DNA of 32,000 bases from Desulfocapsa sulfexigens DSM 10523 (GTDB lineage: Bacteria > Desulfobacterota > Desulfobulbia > Desulfobulbales > Desulfocapsaceae). Under the pieces are notes generated by a model that was given only the letters and a program-made list of their open reading frames with translations, did not search any database and was not told where the DNA came from. Location: assembly GCF_000341395.1 (NCBI RefSeq), contig NC_020304.1:660001-692000 (forward strand), given 5' to 3'. Made by a program: the position numbers and the translations under genes. Position 1 is the stretch's first letter. Every line of letters begins with the position of its first letter. Positions 16,677 to 24,337 of the stretch are shown piece after piece.

Positions 16677-17812
16677 ATTTCGACCCGGAGCAGGTGAATA
16701 CCCCCTGCTTTGTGGTCGATGAATCGGCACTCCTTCGCAATCTCAAAATCCTGGATGAGGTGCAGCAGCAAACAGAGTGCCGGATCCTCCTGGCTCTTAA
16801 GGGATTTGCCATGCCCGGCGTTTTCCCTCTTGTTCGTAAATATCTGCACGGGGTCTGTGCCAGTTCTCCCCACGAAGCAAGACTTGGAAGAGAGGATTTT
16901 CAGCGGGAAGTACACAGTCACGGTCCTGCCTTCAGCGACAGGGATCTGACCGAGCATCTGCTCTACTGTGATCATCTGGTCTTTAACAGCTTTCAGCAGT
17001 GGCACCGTTTCCAGAAACAGGTCAGGGAATGTCCGAGAGATATCTCCTGCGGTCTGCGGGTTAACCCCGCTCACTCCGAAACTGCGGTCGCCCTGTATGA
17101 TCCCTGCCGCCCTGGCTCCCGCCTCGGTATTTTGCGGGAACAGTTTAGTGGAAAGGATCTTACTGGAATCAGTGGTCTCCACCTCCACACTCTCTGTGAA
17201 AAGGGAGCAGACGCACTGGCTCGAACGGCAGAGGTCTTTGAAGAGCAATTCGGGGAATTTTTACCTCGCATGCAGTGGCTCAATCTGGGAGGCGGTCATC
17301 TTATCACGGCTCCTGGCTATGACACTGGTCTCCTTTGTGAAGTCATCAACCATTTCCGCTCCCGCCATGATCTGACCATTTATCTGGAACCAGGTGAGGC
17401 CATAGCCATCAACACCGGAGCACTTATCACTACTGTCCTTGATATAATTGACAATGATGGTCCCATAGCTATCCTTGACACCTCGGTCTCCTGTCATATG
17501 CCAGATGTCCTGGAAATGCCCTACCGGCCTGATATCAGGGGGGCCTCCCTGCCCGATACTCTGGCCCACAACTACCGTTTGGGAGGAGTCTCCTGTCTGG
17601 CTGGAGATATGCTTGGAGATTACTCCTTTGCTGCCCCATTGCAGGTTGGTGACCGCCTTATCATCGAAGACATGAGCCACTACACCATGGTCAAGACCAA
17701 CACCTTTAACGGAGTTCGCCTGCCGGATATCGCACTGTACAGGCCAGAAAGGAAGGCAGTAGAGACCCTCCGCAGCTTTACTTATGAAGACTACCGGAAT
17801 CGTCTTGGGTAA
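16655..17812 (+). CDS. nspC: Carboxy(nor)spermidine decarboxylase
   Basis: Fold-III decarboxylase with the NspC-type N-terminus TPCFVVDESALLRNLKILD...ILLALKGF. It overlaps the dehydrogenase gene by 22 nt, which is the canonical pairing. Confidence 0.88.
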   Translation: MERSYLLNFDPEQVNTPCFVVDESALLRNLKILDEVQQQTECRILLALKGFAMPGVFPLVRKYLHGVCASSPHEARLGREDFQREVHSHGPAFSDRDLTEHLLYCDHLVFNSFQQWHRFQKQVRECPRDISCGLRVNPAHSETAVALYDPCRPGSRLGILREQFSGKDLTGISGLHLHTLCEKGADALARTAEVFEEQFGEFLPRMQWLNLGGGHLITAPGYDTGLLCEVINHFRSRHDLTIYLEPGEAIAINTGALITTVLDIIDNDGPIAILDTSVSCHMPDVLEMPYRPDIRGASLPDTLAHNYRLGGVSCLAGDMLGDYSFAAPLQVGDRLIIEDMSHYTMVKTNTFNGVRLPDIALYRPERKAVETLRSFTYEDYRNRLG

Positions 17813-17880
17813 AATTTAAGAAAGCAGAAACCGTATTTTGACAGAATAGCAGCAACCGTCTCATTGAGGATAACACACAA

Positions 17881-19035
17881 ATGAAAAAAACATGCTCACC
17901 CCCAGAGTCAAAACCCACCGACGCAGGACTTGCCGACACGGTCGCCTGCGATTCAGATATCTGTTTTATTGATGGAAAGGAAGGACGACTTGTCTACCGT
18001 GGATATGACGCCCTGGAGCTTGCAGAGAAGAGCAGCTTTGAAGAGGTTGCCTATCTACTCTGGTATGGTTGCCTGCCAAGAGAGACTGAATTTAATGCCT
18101 TTCTCGACGGCCTTCGTGCTTCCATGGCATTACCCACGGAAACCGTCATGATCCTGCGAATGTTTCCCAAAACAGCGACCCCCATGGAGGTCATCCGCAC
18201 AGCAGTATCTTCCCTCGGCCACTGGGATCCGGACAGCGGCAATACGGGACTGTCCGCTTCTCTTCGCAAGGCACAGCGTCTCACCCTCCGTATCCCTCTG
18301 CTTATTGCTGCCCATCAACGGCTGCGGGAAGGACTGGAGCCAATCCAGCCCATACCGGGGCATGGTATCGCCTACAATTTCCTCTATACTCTACAGGGGA
18401 AAGCTCCGGATCCACTGGTAGAACAAGCCTTTGATACTGCCCTTATTCTTCACGCCGACCACGAACTGAACGCATCAACCTTTGCCGCCCGGGTGACAGC
18501 GGCAACACTCTCGGACATCTACTCATCGGTAACCTCCGCCATCGGTGCCCTCAAAGGACCGCTCCATGGTGGTGCCAATATGGAGGTAATGCAGCTTATT
18601 GAAGAAATCGGCAGACCTGAACTGGCTGAAAAAATCATCCTTGAAAAACTTGCAAACAAGATCAAGATTCCTGGATTTGGTCACAGGGTATACCGTTGCG
18701 AAGATCCACGAGTGAACATGATCAGAGAGCTGGTACGCAGCCTGAGCAGTGCCATGGGCGATAGCAACAACTTTGCCATAACACAGGAAATAGAAAGGGT
18801 AGTCCTTGAACAGACCAAAGTGTTCCCCAATGTGGATCTTTACACCGCCTCACTTTACAGTGCCATGGGCCTGCCTCCTGAACTCTTCACTCCGATTTTC
18901 GCCATCAGCAGAACCGTTGGCTGGACATCACACATCATGGAACAGTGGGGAAACAACCGCCTTATTCGACCACGGGCAGAATACATCGGCCCCACGGATC
19001 TTCACTACGTAAGTATAGAAGAACGCTCCAGATAG
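17881..19035 (+). CDS. gltA: Citrate synthase (short, ~380-aa type; could also be 2-methylcitrate synthase)
   Basis: GLADTVACDSDICFIDGKEGRLVYRGYDALELA, LILHADHELNASTF and GFGHRVYRCEDPR are the catalytic His/His/Asp region motifs of the citrate synthase family. GAGGA RBS is present. Confidence 0.88.
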   Translation: MKKTCSPPESKPTDAGLADTVACDSDICFIDGKEGRLVYRGYDALELAEKSSFEEVAYLLWYGCLPRETEFNAFLDGLRASMALPTETVMILRMFPKTATPMEVIRTAVSSLGHWDPDSGNTGLSASLRKAQRLTLRIPLLIAAHQRLREGLEPIQPIPGHGIAYNFLYTLQGKAPDPLVEQAFDTALILHADHELNASTFAARVTAATLSDIYSSVTSAIGALKGPLHGGANMEVMQLIEEIGRPELAEKIILEKLANKIKIPGFGHRVYRCEDPRVNMIRELVRSLSSAMGDSNNFAITQEIERVVLEQTKVFPNVDLYTASLYSAMGLPPELFTPIFAISRTVGWTSHIMEQWGNNRLIRPRAEYIGPTDLHYVSIEERSR

Positions 19036-19132
19036 CAAAAGCAGATCCCGTACATCCTTTCCTCCATGGAGACATTCGTTTCCATGGGGGCGATATCAGG
19101 CTCTCTCATAAGAACAGCAACACGCGAAGCCC

Positions 19133-20608
19133 ATGAACTCTGTACTTATAATAATTGATTCTCTGGATCTGTGGGAGCCCTACTATCACAGCGACAGTGT
19201 TATTACAGCCATTCAGTATCTGCAACGTGAAGAATTAAGTCAGGATCCTCATCTGGTAATCAATCTCTGTTCAGATCTCTCCTATAACTCTGAGGGCTAT
19301 TACTGTTCCTTGCTGGCTCAGGCAAGAGACCATAAAGTCATCCCGAAAGTTGAAACTTTGAACAAGTTCGACAACAGCATCACCATGAAGCTCGATAGTG
19401 CAATGAGCCGCCTTCTCAGATTTGACAAGTCTGCTCTTTTTGAAAAAGAGTGTGACTGTAGTCATCATCTGGATCTGTTTTTTGGGAAGTGTGAAGATCC
19501 AAAGTACGAACGTCTTGGTCGTTTCTTCTTTGATCTATATCCCTGTCCACTTATGCGGGTAAGCTTCAGTGGACCGCAACGAGCGGAGATCTGTAATATT
19601 CGTTTGCTGTCACTCACCGAACTTGATGACCGTCAGCAGGATCTTTTTGCAGGCAGTCTGGATTTATTCAACAAAAAGGTATGGCGGCAGCCACGCAGTA
19701 AAAAACCGGCCCGCTATGATCTGGCAATCTTTTATGACCCGGAAGAACTCCTTCCACCAAGTAACAAAAGTGCCCTCAAGCTCTTTTTAAATGAAGCCAG
19801 AAAAATGAATGTGAATGCTGAGCTGCTCACCGCAGATGATGCTTCACGCCTAATGGAATTCGACGCACTCTTTATCCGCCAGACAACTGCGGTGAACCAC
19901 ATCACCTATCAACTGGCGCAAAAGGCACAGCAGGCTGACATGGTAGTCATAGATGATCCAGCCTCCATTGTCTGCTGCACCAATAAGGTCTACCTCAAAG
20001 AACTTATGGACAGATCTGCCATACCAGCACCCAGATCGATTCTCCTGTTCAGGGAAAAAATTCCATCCTATGAGGAAGTCTCTGAATACCTCGGACGGAC
20101 GATGGTCATGAAGATTCCGGATGGTTCTTTTTCCATCGGTGTTTCCCTGGTTTCTTCAGATAAGGAATACATCGCCCTGCAGGAAGCACTTTTTCAGCAC
20201 TCTTCGGTTTTACTTATACAGGAATTTATGCCCACGGAGTTTGACTGGAGAATCGGTGTATTAAATGGCGAGTGTATCTACGCCTGTAAATATTACATGG
20301 CCCGCGGCCACTGGCAGATTTATCAGCATAAGGCAAGTGGTCTCACAAAATCCGGCAAAAGTGAGACCGTTCCTGTTCACCAGGTACCATCCCAGGTCAC
20401 CCGTATTGCCAAAAAAGTGTCCGCAGCCATTGGCAAAGGATTGTACGGGGTTGACATAAAAGATGTCGATGGCCAGGCAGTGGTGATCGAGGTTAACGAT
20501 AATCCCTCCATTGATCACGGCGTCGAAGACAAGATTCTTGGCAGTGAACTGTACCGGATAATTCTGCGTGAGTTTATTGCCCGTTTGAACAAAAAAAGAA
20601 GGGCCTGA
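19133..20608 (+). CDS. RimK/LysX-family ATP-grasp ligase with ~200-aa N-terminal extension
   Basis: The C-terminal half has RimK-type motifs: MVMKIPDGSFSIGV, LLIQEFMPTEFDWRIGVLNGE and GLYGVDIKDVDGQAVVIEVNDNPS. I do not recognise the N-terminal domain. The RBS is weak, so the start is less certain. Confidence 0.8.
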   Translation: MNSVLIIIDSLDLWEPYYHSDSVITAIQYLQREELSQDPHLVINLCSDLSYNSEGYYCSLLAQARDHKVIPKVETLNKFDNSITMKLDSAMSRLLRFDKSALFEKECDCSHHLDLFFGKCEDPKYERLGRFFFDLYPCPLMRVSFSGPQRAEICNIRLLSLTELDDRQQDLFAGSLDLFNKKVWRQPRSKKPARYDLAIFYDPEELLPPSNKSALKLFLNEARKMNVNAELLTADDASRLMEFDALFIRQTTAVNHITYQLAQKAQQADMVVIDDPASIVCCTNKVYLKELMDRSAIPAPRSILLFREKIPSYEEVSEYLGRTMVMKIPDGSFSIGVSLVSSDKEYIALQEALFQHSSVLLIQEFMPTEFDWRIGVLNGECIYACKYYMARGHWQIYQHKASGLTKSGKSETVPVHQVPSQVTRIAKKVSAAIGKGLYGVDIKDVDGQAVVIEVNDNPSIDHGVEDKILGSELYRIILREFIARLNKKRRA

Positions 20609-20614
20609 TACGAG

Positions 20615-21079
20615 ATGACCAGGATTATGGCAGTTACCAAAGAAGATATCCCCGGGCTCTGCCTCCTCGAGGAACAACTTTTTACCTGTGATCGGATATC
20701 TCCCAGGCAATTCAGTTATCTGATTTCCAAAGCAAACAGTGTTGTTATCAAGGCAGTCTGTTCCGAAATATTTGCAGGGTACATGGTGCTGCTGAGGCGC
20801 AGAAATAGCCGGAGGATGCGGATCTATTCACTCGGGGTCGCCCCATCTGTGAGACGACTGGGTGTTGCAGCTGAGATGCTTGCATTTGCAGAAGATATTG
20901 CTGCAAAACATAACTGTAATTGTCTGAGTCTCGAGGTTTCCAAACATAACGATGCCGCCCTGAGATTCTACAAAAATGCTGGTTTTCTCTACTATGGTGA
21001 AAAACAGAAGTTTTACGAAGACGGAACCACTGCCCTGCTGTTAAAAAAAAACATACCTGAAAGAGAAACACAACCATGA
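20615..21079 (+). CDS. GNAT family N-acetyltransferase (RimI-like size)
   Basis: Acetyl-CoA motif region IYSLGVAPSVRRLGVAAEML...LSLEVSKHNDAALRFYKNAGF. It starts 6 nt after the RimK-like stop, and its stop overlaps the SET start. Confidence 0.85.
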   Translation: MTRIMAVTKEDIPGLCLLEEQLFTCDRISPRQFSYLISKANSVVIKAVCSEIFAGYMVLLRRRNSRRMRIYSLGVAPSVRRLGVAAEMLAFAEDIAAKHNCNCLSLEVSKHNDAALRFYKNAGFLYYGEKQKFYEDGTTALLLKKNIPERETQP

Positions 21080-21672
21080 TTCATCCTGACACCGAAGTTC
21101 GCTACATAAACGAAGAAAAAGGGAACGGACTCTTTGCCACCAGTTTTATTCCCAGAGGAACTGTCACCTGGGTACTCGATGTCCTCGACAGGGAGATCCC
21201 CCCTGAAGACATGGCAGCCTATGACCAGCAAATCCGAGAAGTTCTCCTCACCTATTCATTCCGGAACAGCAAGGGGAACTACATCTTCTGTTGGGATAAC
21301 GGTCGCTACATAAACCACAGTTTTCATGCAAACTGTTGCCTTACCCCCTATAACTTTGAGATTGCTATAAAGGATATCAATGCCGGGGAAGAATTAACAG
21401 ATGACTACGGTACTCTTAACATCATCGAACCCTTTACAGTTGATTCGGAAGGCGGCAATCGAAACACTGTCTACCCCGATGATCTTCTGCACTACAGTAA
21501 AATATGGGATGCAAAAATTGCCGCGGCTTTTCCAGAACTGTCAGTGGTAAAACAGCCTCTGTGGAAGTTTTTTTCCCCAGAAACCCAAAAGGCCGTTCAA
21601 CAGGTTCTTGAGGGAACCTCCCCACTGCCTTCCATCAAATCCTGCTATTATGATAAGAGCATTGTGGAATAA
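21076..21672 (+). CDS. SET-domain protein (putative lysine methyltransferase)
   Basis: EKGNGLFATSFIPRGT, GRYINHSFHANC (NHS/C motif) and GEELTDDYG (ELxxDY motif) are typical of the SET fold. ATGA overlap at 21076-21079. Confidence 0.8.
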   Translation: MIHPDTEVRYINEEKGNGLFATSFIPRGTVTWVLDVLDREIPPEDMAAYDQQIREVLLTYSFRNSKGNYIFCWDNGRYINHSFHANCCLTPYNFEIAIKDINAGEELTDDYGTLNIIEPFTVDSEGGNRNTVYPDDLLHYSKIWDAKIAAAFPELSVVKQPLWKFFSPETQKAVQQVLEGTSPLPSIKSCYYDKSIVE

Positions 21673-21860
21673 TTGATGAACTATTATCGTTTTGCTCTCT
21701 GAAGTTGTGTACTTACTTACACGAATTCAGCTAATCCACTTTTTCAAAAAACAACAAATTGTTACGTACAGAGAACAGTGCCCGGAAAAGGGAATTCTTT
21801 CGTAAACTCCCCCCGGACACTGTCATATTCATTTCTGGACAAAAAGTGTAATCTATATGC

Positions 21861-22202
21861 TTACCACCTTGCTCTCCCTCTGTTGTCCTGCCAATGCTTC
21901 CGATGATGCCTATGCTGCTGTCTATACGGCCTGGGTTGCGGAAGGTATACAACGGGTCTAGGCCTGAAAACAGGTGGTGGCACCATGAGCACTGGACGAG
22001 AGTAAAACCGTTGATGGGAAGGAGGTATATATTGCTGATTCGGATAGTATCGAACCTGCGAAGCGATTAAAGCCCCAACCGTAGCTCCCAATACTACTCC
22101 AGGCAGGATATTGTCAGTATTGCGGCTCATGGCAGGTTGGCTTGTGATTGTTAGAGTGAGCATGGTTAAGAGGATTGTAAAAGCTGCTGTCGTCTTCTTC
22201 AT
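21861..22202 (-). CDS. Small exported protein: glycine-zipper segment + Pro/Arg/Tyr-rich region + His-rich basic tail
   Basis: Signal-peptide-like MKKTTAAFTILLTMLTLTITSQPAMS, then GVVLGATVGALIAS, then ...PPPVFRPRPVVYLPQPRPYRQQHRHHRKHW. A GGAGA RBS lies 7 nt upstream of the ATG at 22202; the track start at 22208 is too close to the RBS. No family recognised. Confidence 0.55.
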   Translation of the reverse strand: MKKTTAAFTILLTMLTLTITSQPAMSRNTDNILPGVVLGATVGALIASQVRYYPNQQYIPPSHQRFYSRPVLMVPPPVFRPRPVVYLPQPRPYRQQHRHHRKHWQDNRGRARW

Positions 22203-22284
22203 GAGCATTTCTCCAGGTAAAGGTTTTTGTTATTCTGTTGTCATACCTTTTTTCTATATCCCGGAAATCAATTTGTCATTGGAC

Positions 22285-22317
22285 ATCGGGTGACATGTCA
22301 ACCGATATCGGGTGACA
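22285..22317. promoter_or_regulatory. Direct repeat ATCGGGTGACA x2 (22-bp register) in the upstream region of the small exported-protein gene
   Basis: ATCGGGTGACA occurs at 22285-22295 and again at 22307-22317. A TGACATGTCA palindrome lies at 22291-22300 and TTGTCAT at 22273-22279. This is a candidate transcription-factor site with no known consensus assigned. Confidence 0.25.
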
Positions 22318-22487
22318 CTGGCATCAATGATTGACACAACATACTGAAATAACTACCAAGAGAAACAAAGACAGAAACAGGGTGCATTCGATAGAATGTA
22401 CAATTTCACAAACTACAAACAAACACTATTGTTCGCACCACCAGCAGAAATGATTGCATGAAGACTTGAAAGGAGAGCCCTTATGGT

Positions 22488-24110
22488 CTATTTCATCTTC
22501 AACACATGCTCGGAAATATTGTTTGCATGATTATTTATCCGACCAATGTCCTTGAGAACATACGGGTAAAAGGCATCAATGACAGGTCGAAGTTGATCAT
22601 TTTCCTGCCTGTACAAAAATTTATTTCTGTACTCCGTTTTTAATGCATCCAGCTGATGTTCCATTTTATGAACGTCTATATCCAGGGTTTTGACTCTTTC
22701 CTTCAGACCATTTGCAGCCACCATGTAAGCTTGAACGGCATTATCAAAAAACTCTGCAAGCTCCTTTCTGGCTGCTTCTGAAAAAAACACTTTTTCCTGG
22801 CTGGCGTATCCTGCTATATTTTCCGCCAGGTCTGCAATCCGTTCCAGGTCAGTCGTGGCATGAGCCAGAGCTCTTTTCCTGGCCCTGTCTTGTTCGTTCA
22901 GCATGACGGTATTTATTTTATTCAGATAATTGCCCACCTTTTCATGAATGATGTCAACGGCCCTCTCGTTTTCCGTGAGCTGCCCGGAGCTGTTTGTATC
23001 GTTTTCAAAAAATGTTTTTCGGGCCTGGGTCAGTGATTCACCGACAACGGCTGCCATCCGATTCACCTCCTGTTCCGCCTCGTACAAGGCAAGTGCCGGG
23101 ACGGTGAGAAACTTTTCTTCCAGGAGACCGTGGGAGGAAATGACCTCTTCATTCTTTCCCGGAATAAGGATACTCAGAAAATGCATCAATATGGTGACAA
23201 AGGGCATCATAATCAGACTGACAGTGACATTGAAAACAGTATGGGCATTGGCGATAAGCCTTGGTGTATCCGATGCAGTCAGGGCGATCAGTCCTGCGAA
23301 CTGTTCAAGAAACGGGAAAAAGAGTACAGCCCCACTGATATTGATGATAAACTGGGCCATTCCTGTTCGCCTGGCCGCTATACTGGTACCTGCCGCTGCA
23401 ATGAGTTCCAGGACGCAGGTGCCTATATTAGCCCCGATGATCAGAGCTATCCCTGCATCAAGGGATATTATGCCTTCCATACTCATGGCTATCACAAGAC
23501 TTGTCGTTGCCGAACTGCTGTTGGTAACCGCGGTCAGAACAGCACCAATCACAATACCGAGCAAGGGGTACACCCCGAAGTCTGCTATGACCTTCAGGAC
23601 AAAAGGATACTCTTTTAAGGGAGAGGCACCGTCGGCCATGATCTTCATGGAAAGGAAGATCATCCCCATGTAGAGGAGTGTATCTCCAATATGATTGACC
23701 TTCTCCTTTTTCCCAAGCCGACTCATGGCAAACCCGGCTATTATCAGGGGGTAAAATATCATTTTTACCTTGAAGGCGATTATCTGGGCAGTAATGGTGG
23801 TACCAATTTCAGAACCGAGAATAACGTAGATGGACTGCCGCAAAGTCATGATTCCGGAATTGACCAGGCCGAGCAGCAGCAGAACCGTGACACTTGAGCT
23901 CTGCACCATAAAGGTGACAACAGTGCCTGTGAGAGCGCCCTTTACCGGGTTCCCCGTTGCTTTCTGGAGGATGTTTTTCAGGCGGACACTGGCGACTTTT
24001 TTTAAGGTATTGCTCAGCATATTGATACTGAACATAAACAGAGCCAGTCCTCCGCCCAATTGTAGAAGGATAAAAAAAAGGTTCATGGGCCTGTCCATAC
24101 CATTCTCCAT
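22488..24110 (-). CDS. Na+/phosphate cotransporter family protein with C-terminal PhoU-like domain
   Basis: The N-terminal ~330 aa is polytopic membrane with NaPi-II-type repeats (GTVVTFMVQSSSVTVLLLLGLV..., AVTNSSSATTSLVIAM...). The C-terminal helical region is PhoU-like (RALAHATTDLERIADLAENIA; IGRINNHANNISEHVL). The start may instead be the ATG at 24098, which has a GGAGA 5 nt upstream. Confidence 0.88.
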   Translation of the reverse strand: MENGMDRPMNLFFILLQLGGGLALFMFSINMLSNTLKKVASVRLKNILQKATGNPVKGALTGTVVTFMVQSSSVTVLLLLGLVNSGIMTLRQSIYVILGSEIGTTITAQIIAFKVKMIFYPLIIAGFAMSRLGKKEKVNHIGDTLLYMGMIFLSMKIMADGASPLKEYPFVLKVIADFGVYPLLGIVIGAVLTAVTNSSSATTSLVIAMSMEGIISLDAGIALIIGANIGTCVLELIAAAGTSIAARRTGMAQFIINISGAVLFFPFLEQFAGLIALTASDTPRLIANAHTVFNVTVSLIMMPFVTILMHFLSILIPGKNEEVISSHGLLEEKFLTVPALALYEAEQEVNRMAAVVGESLTQARKTFFENDTNSSGQLTENERAVDIIHEKVGNYLNKINTVMLNEQDRARKRALAHATTDLERIADLAENIAGYASQEKVFFSEAARKELAEFFDNAVQAYMVAANGLKERVKTLDIDVHKMEHQLDALKTEYRNKFLYRQENDQLRPVIDAFYPYVLKDIGRINNHANNISEHVLKMK

Positions 24111-24337
24111 TCATAAATGATGTTCAGTTGGCAGTGCGGCCAATAAAACTGACGTGTATATGGTAGTAGTACCTCTTCCTGAGGGAGACCGGTTGTATTT
24201 GATTTGTTACTCCAGTGTGATATAGTTCTCCACACAGGAATACAGGAAAGGTGCATGACAATGTCTTATTAATCATATCTTAAAATTGTCAGCTCTTGCA
24301 AGCCGACCAGCCAAAAAATTCTTAACAGGAATATAAA

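Noticed and set aside
17838-17866. TTGACA hexamer upstream of citrate synthase as a sigma70 -35 box.
   Set aside because: At 17-bp spacing the -10 candidate is TCATTG, a poor match to TATAAT. I cannot support a promoter call.
21043-21051. A9 homopolymer near the 3' end of the GNAT gene (and A8 in the hsp20 tail at 8893-8900) as potential slippage or phase-variation sites.
   Set aside because: Both encode Lys runs in frame in intact ORFs. Tracts of this length are not unusual at this GC content, and there is no sign of frameshifted copies.
21776-21822. Imperfect 10-bp inverted repeat CAGTGCCCGG ... CCGGACACTG between the SET gene and the convergent small gene, as a possible terminator.
   Set aside because: It has one mismatch, a 27-nt loop and no flanking T-run. 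Support is too weak to annotate.
22483-22530. 15-codon + strand ORF (MVYFIFNTCSEILFA) with a strong AAGGAGAG SD, antisense to the 3' end of the Na/Pi transporter gene.
   Set aside because: It is very short, overlaps a solid gene end, and has no conservation evidence available. It is probably a chance SD-like purine run.
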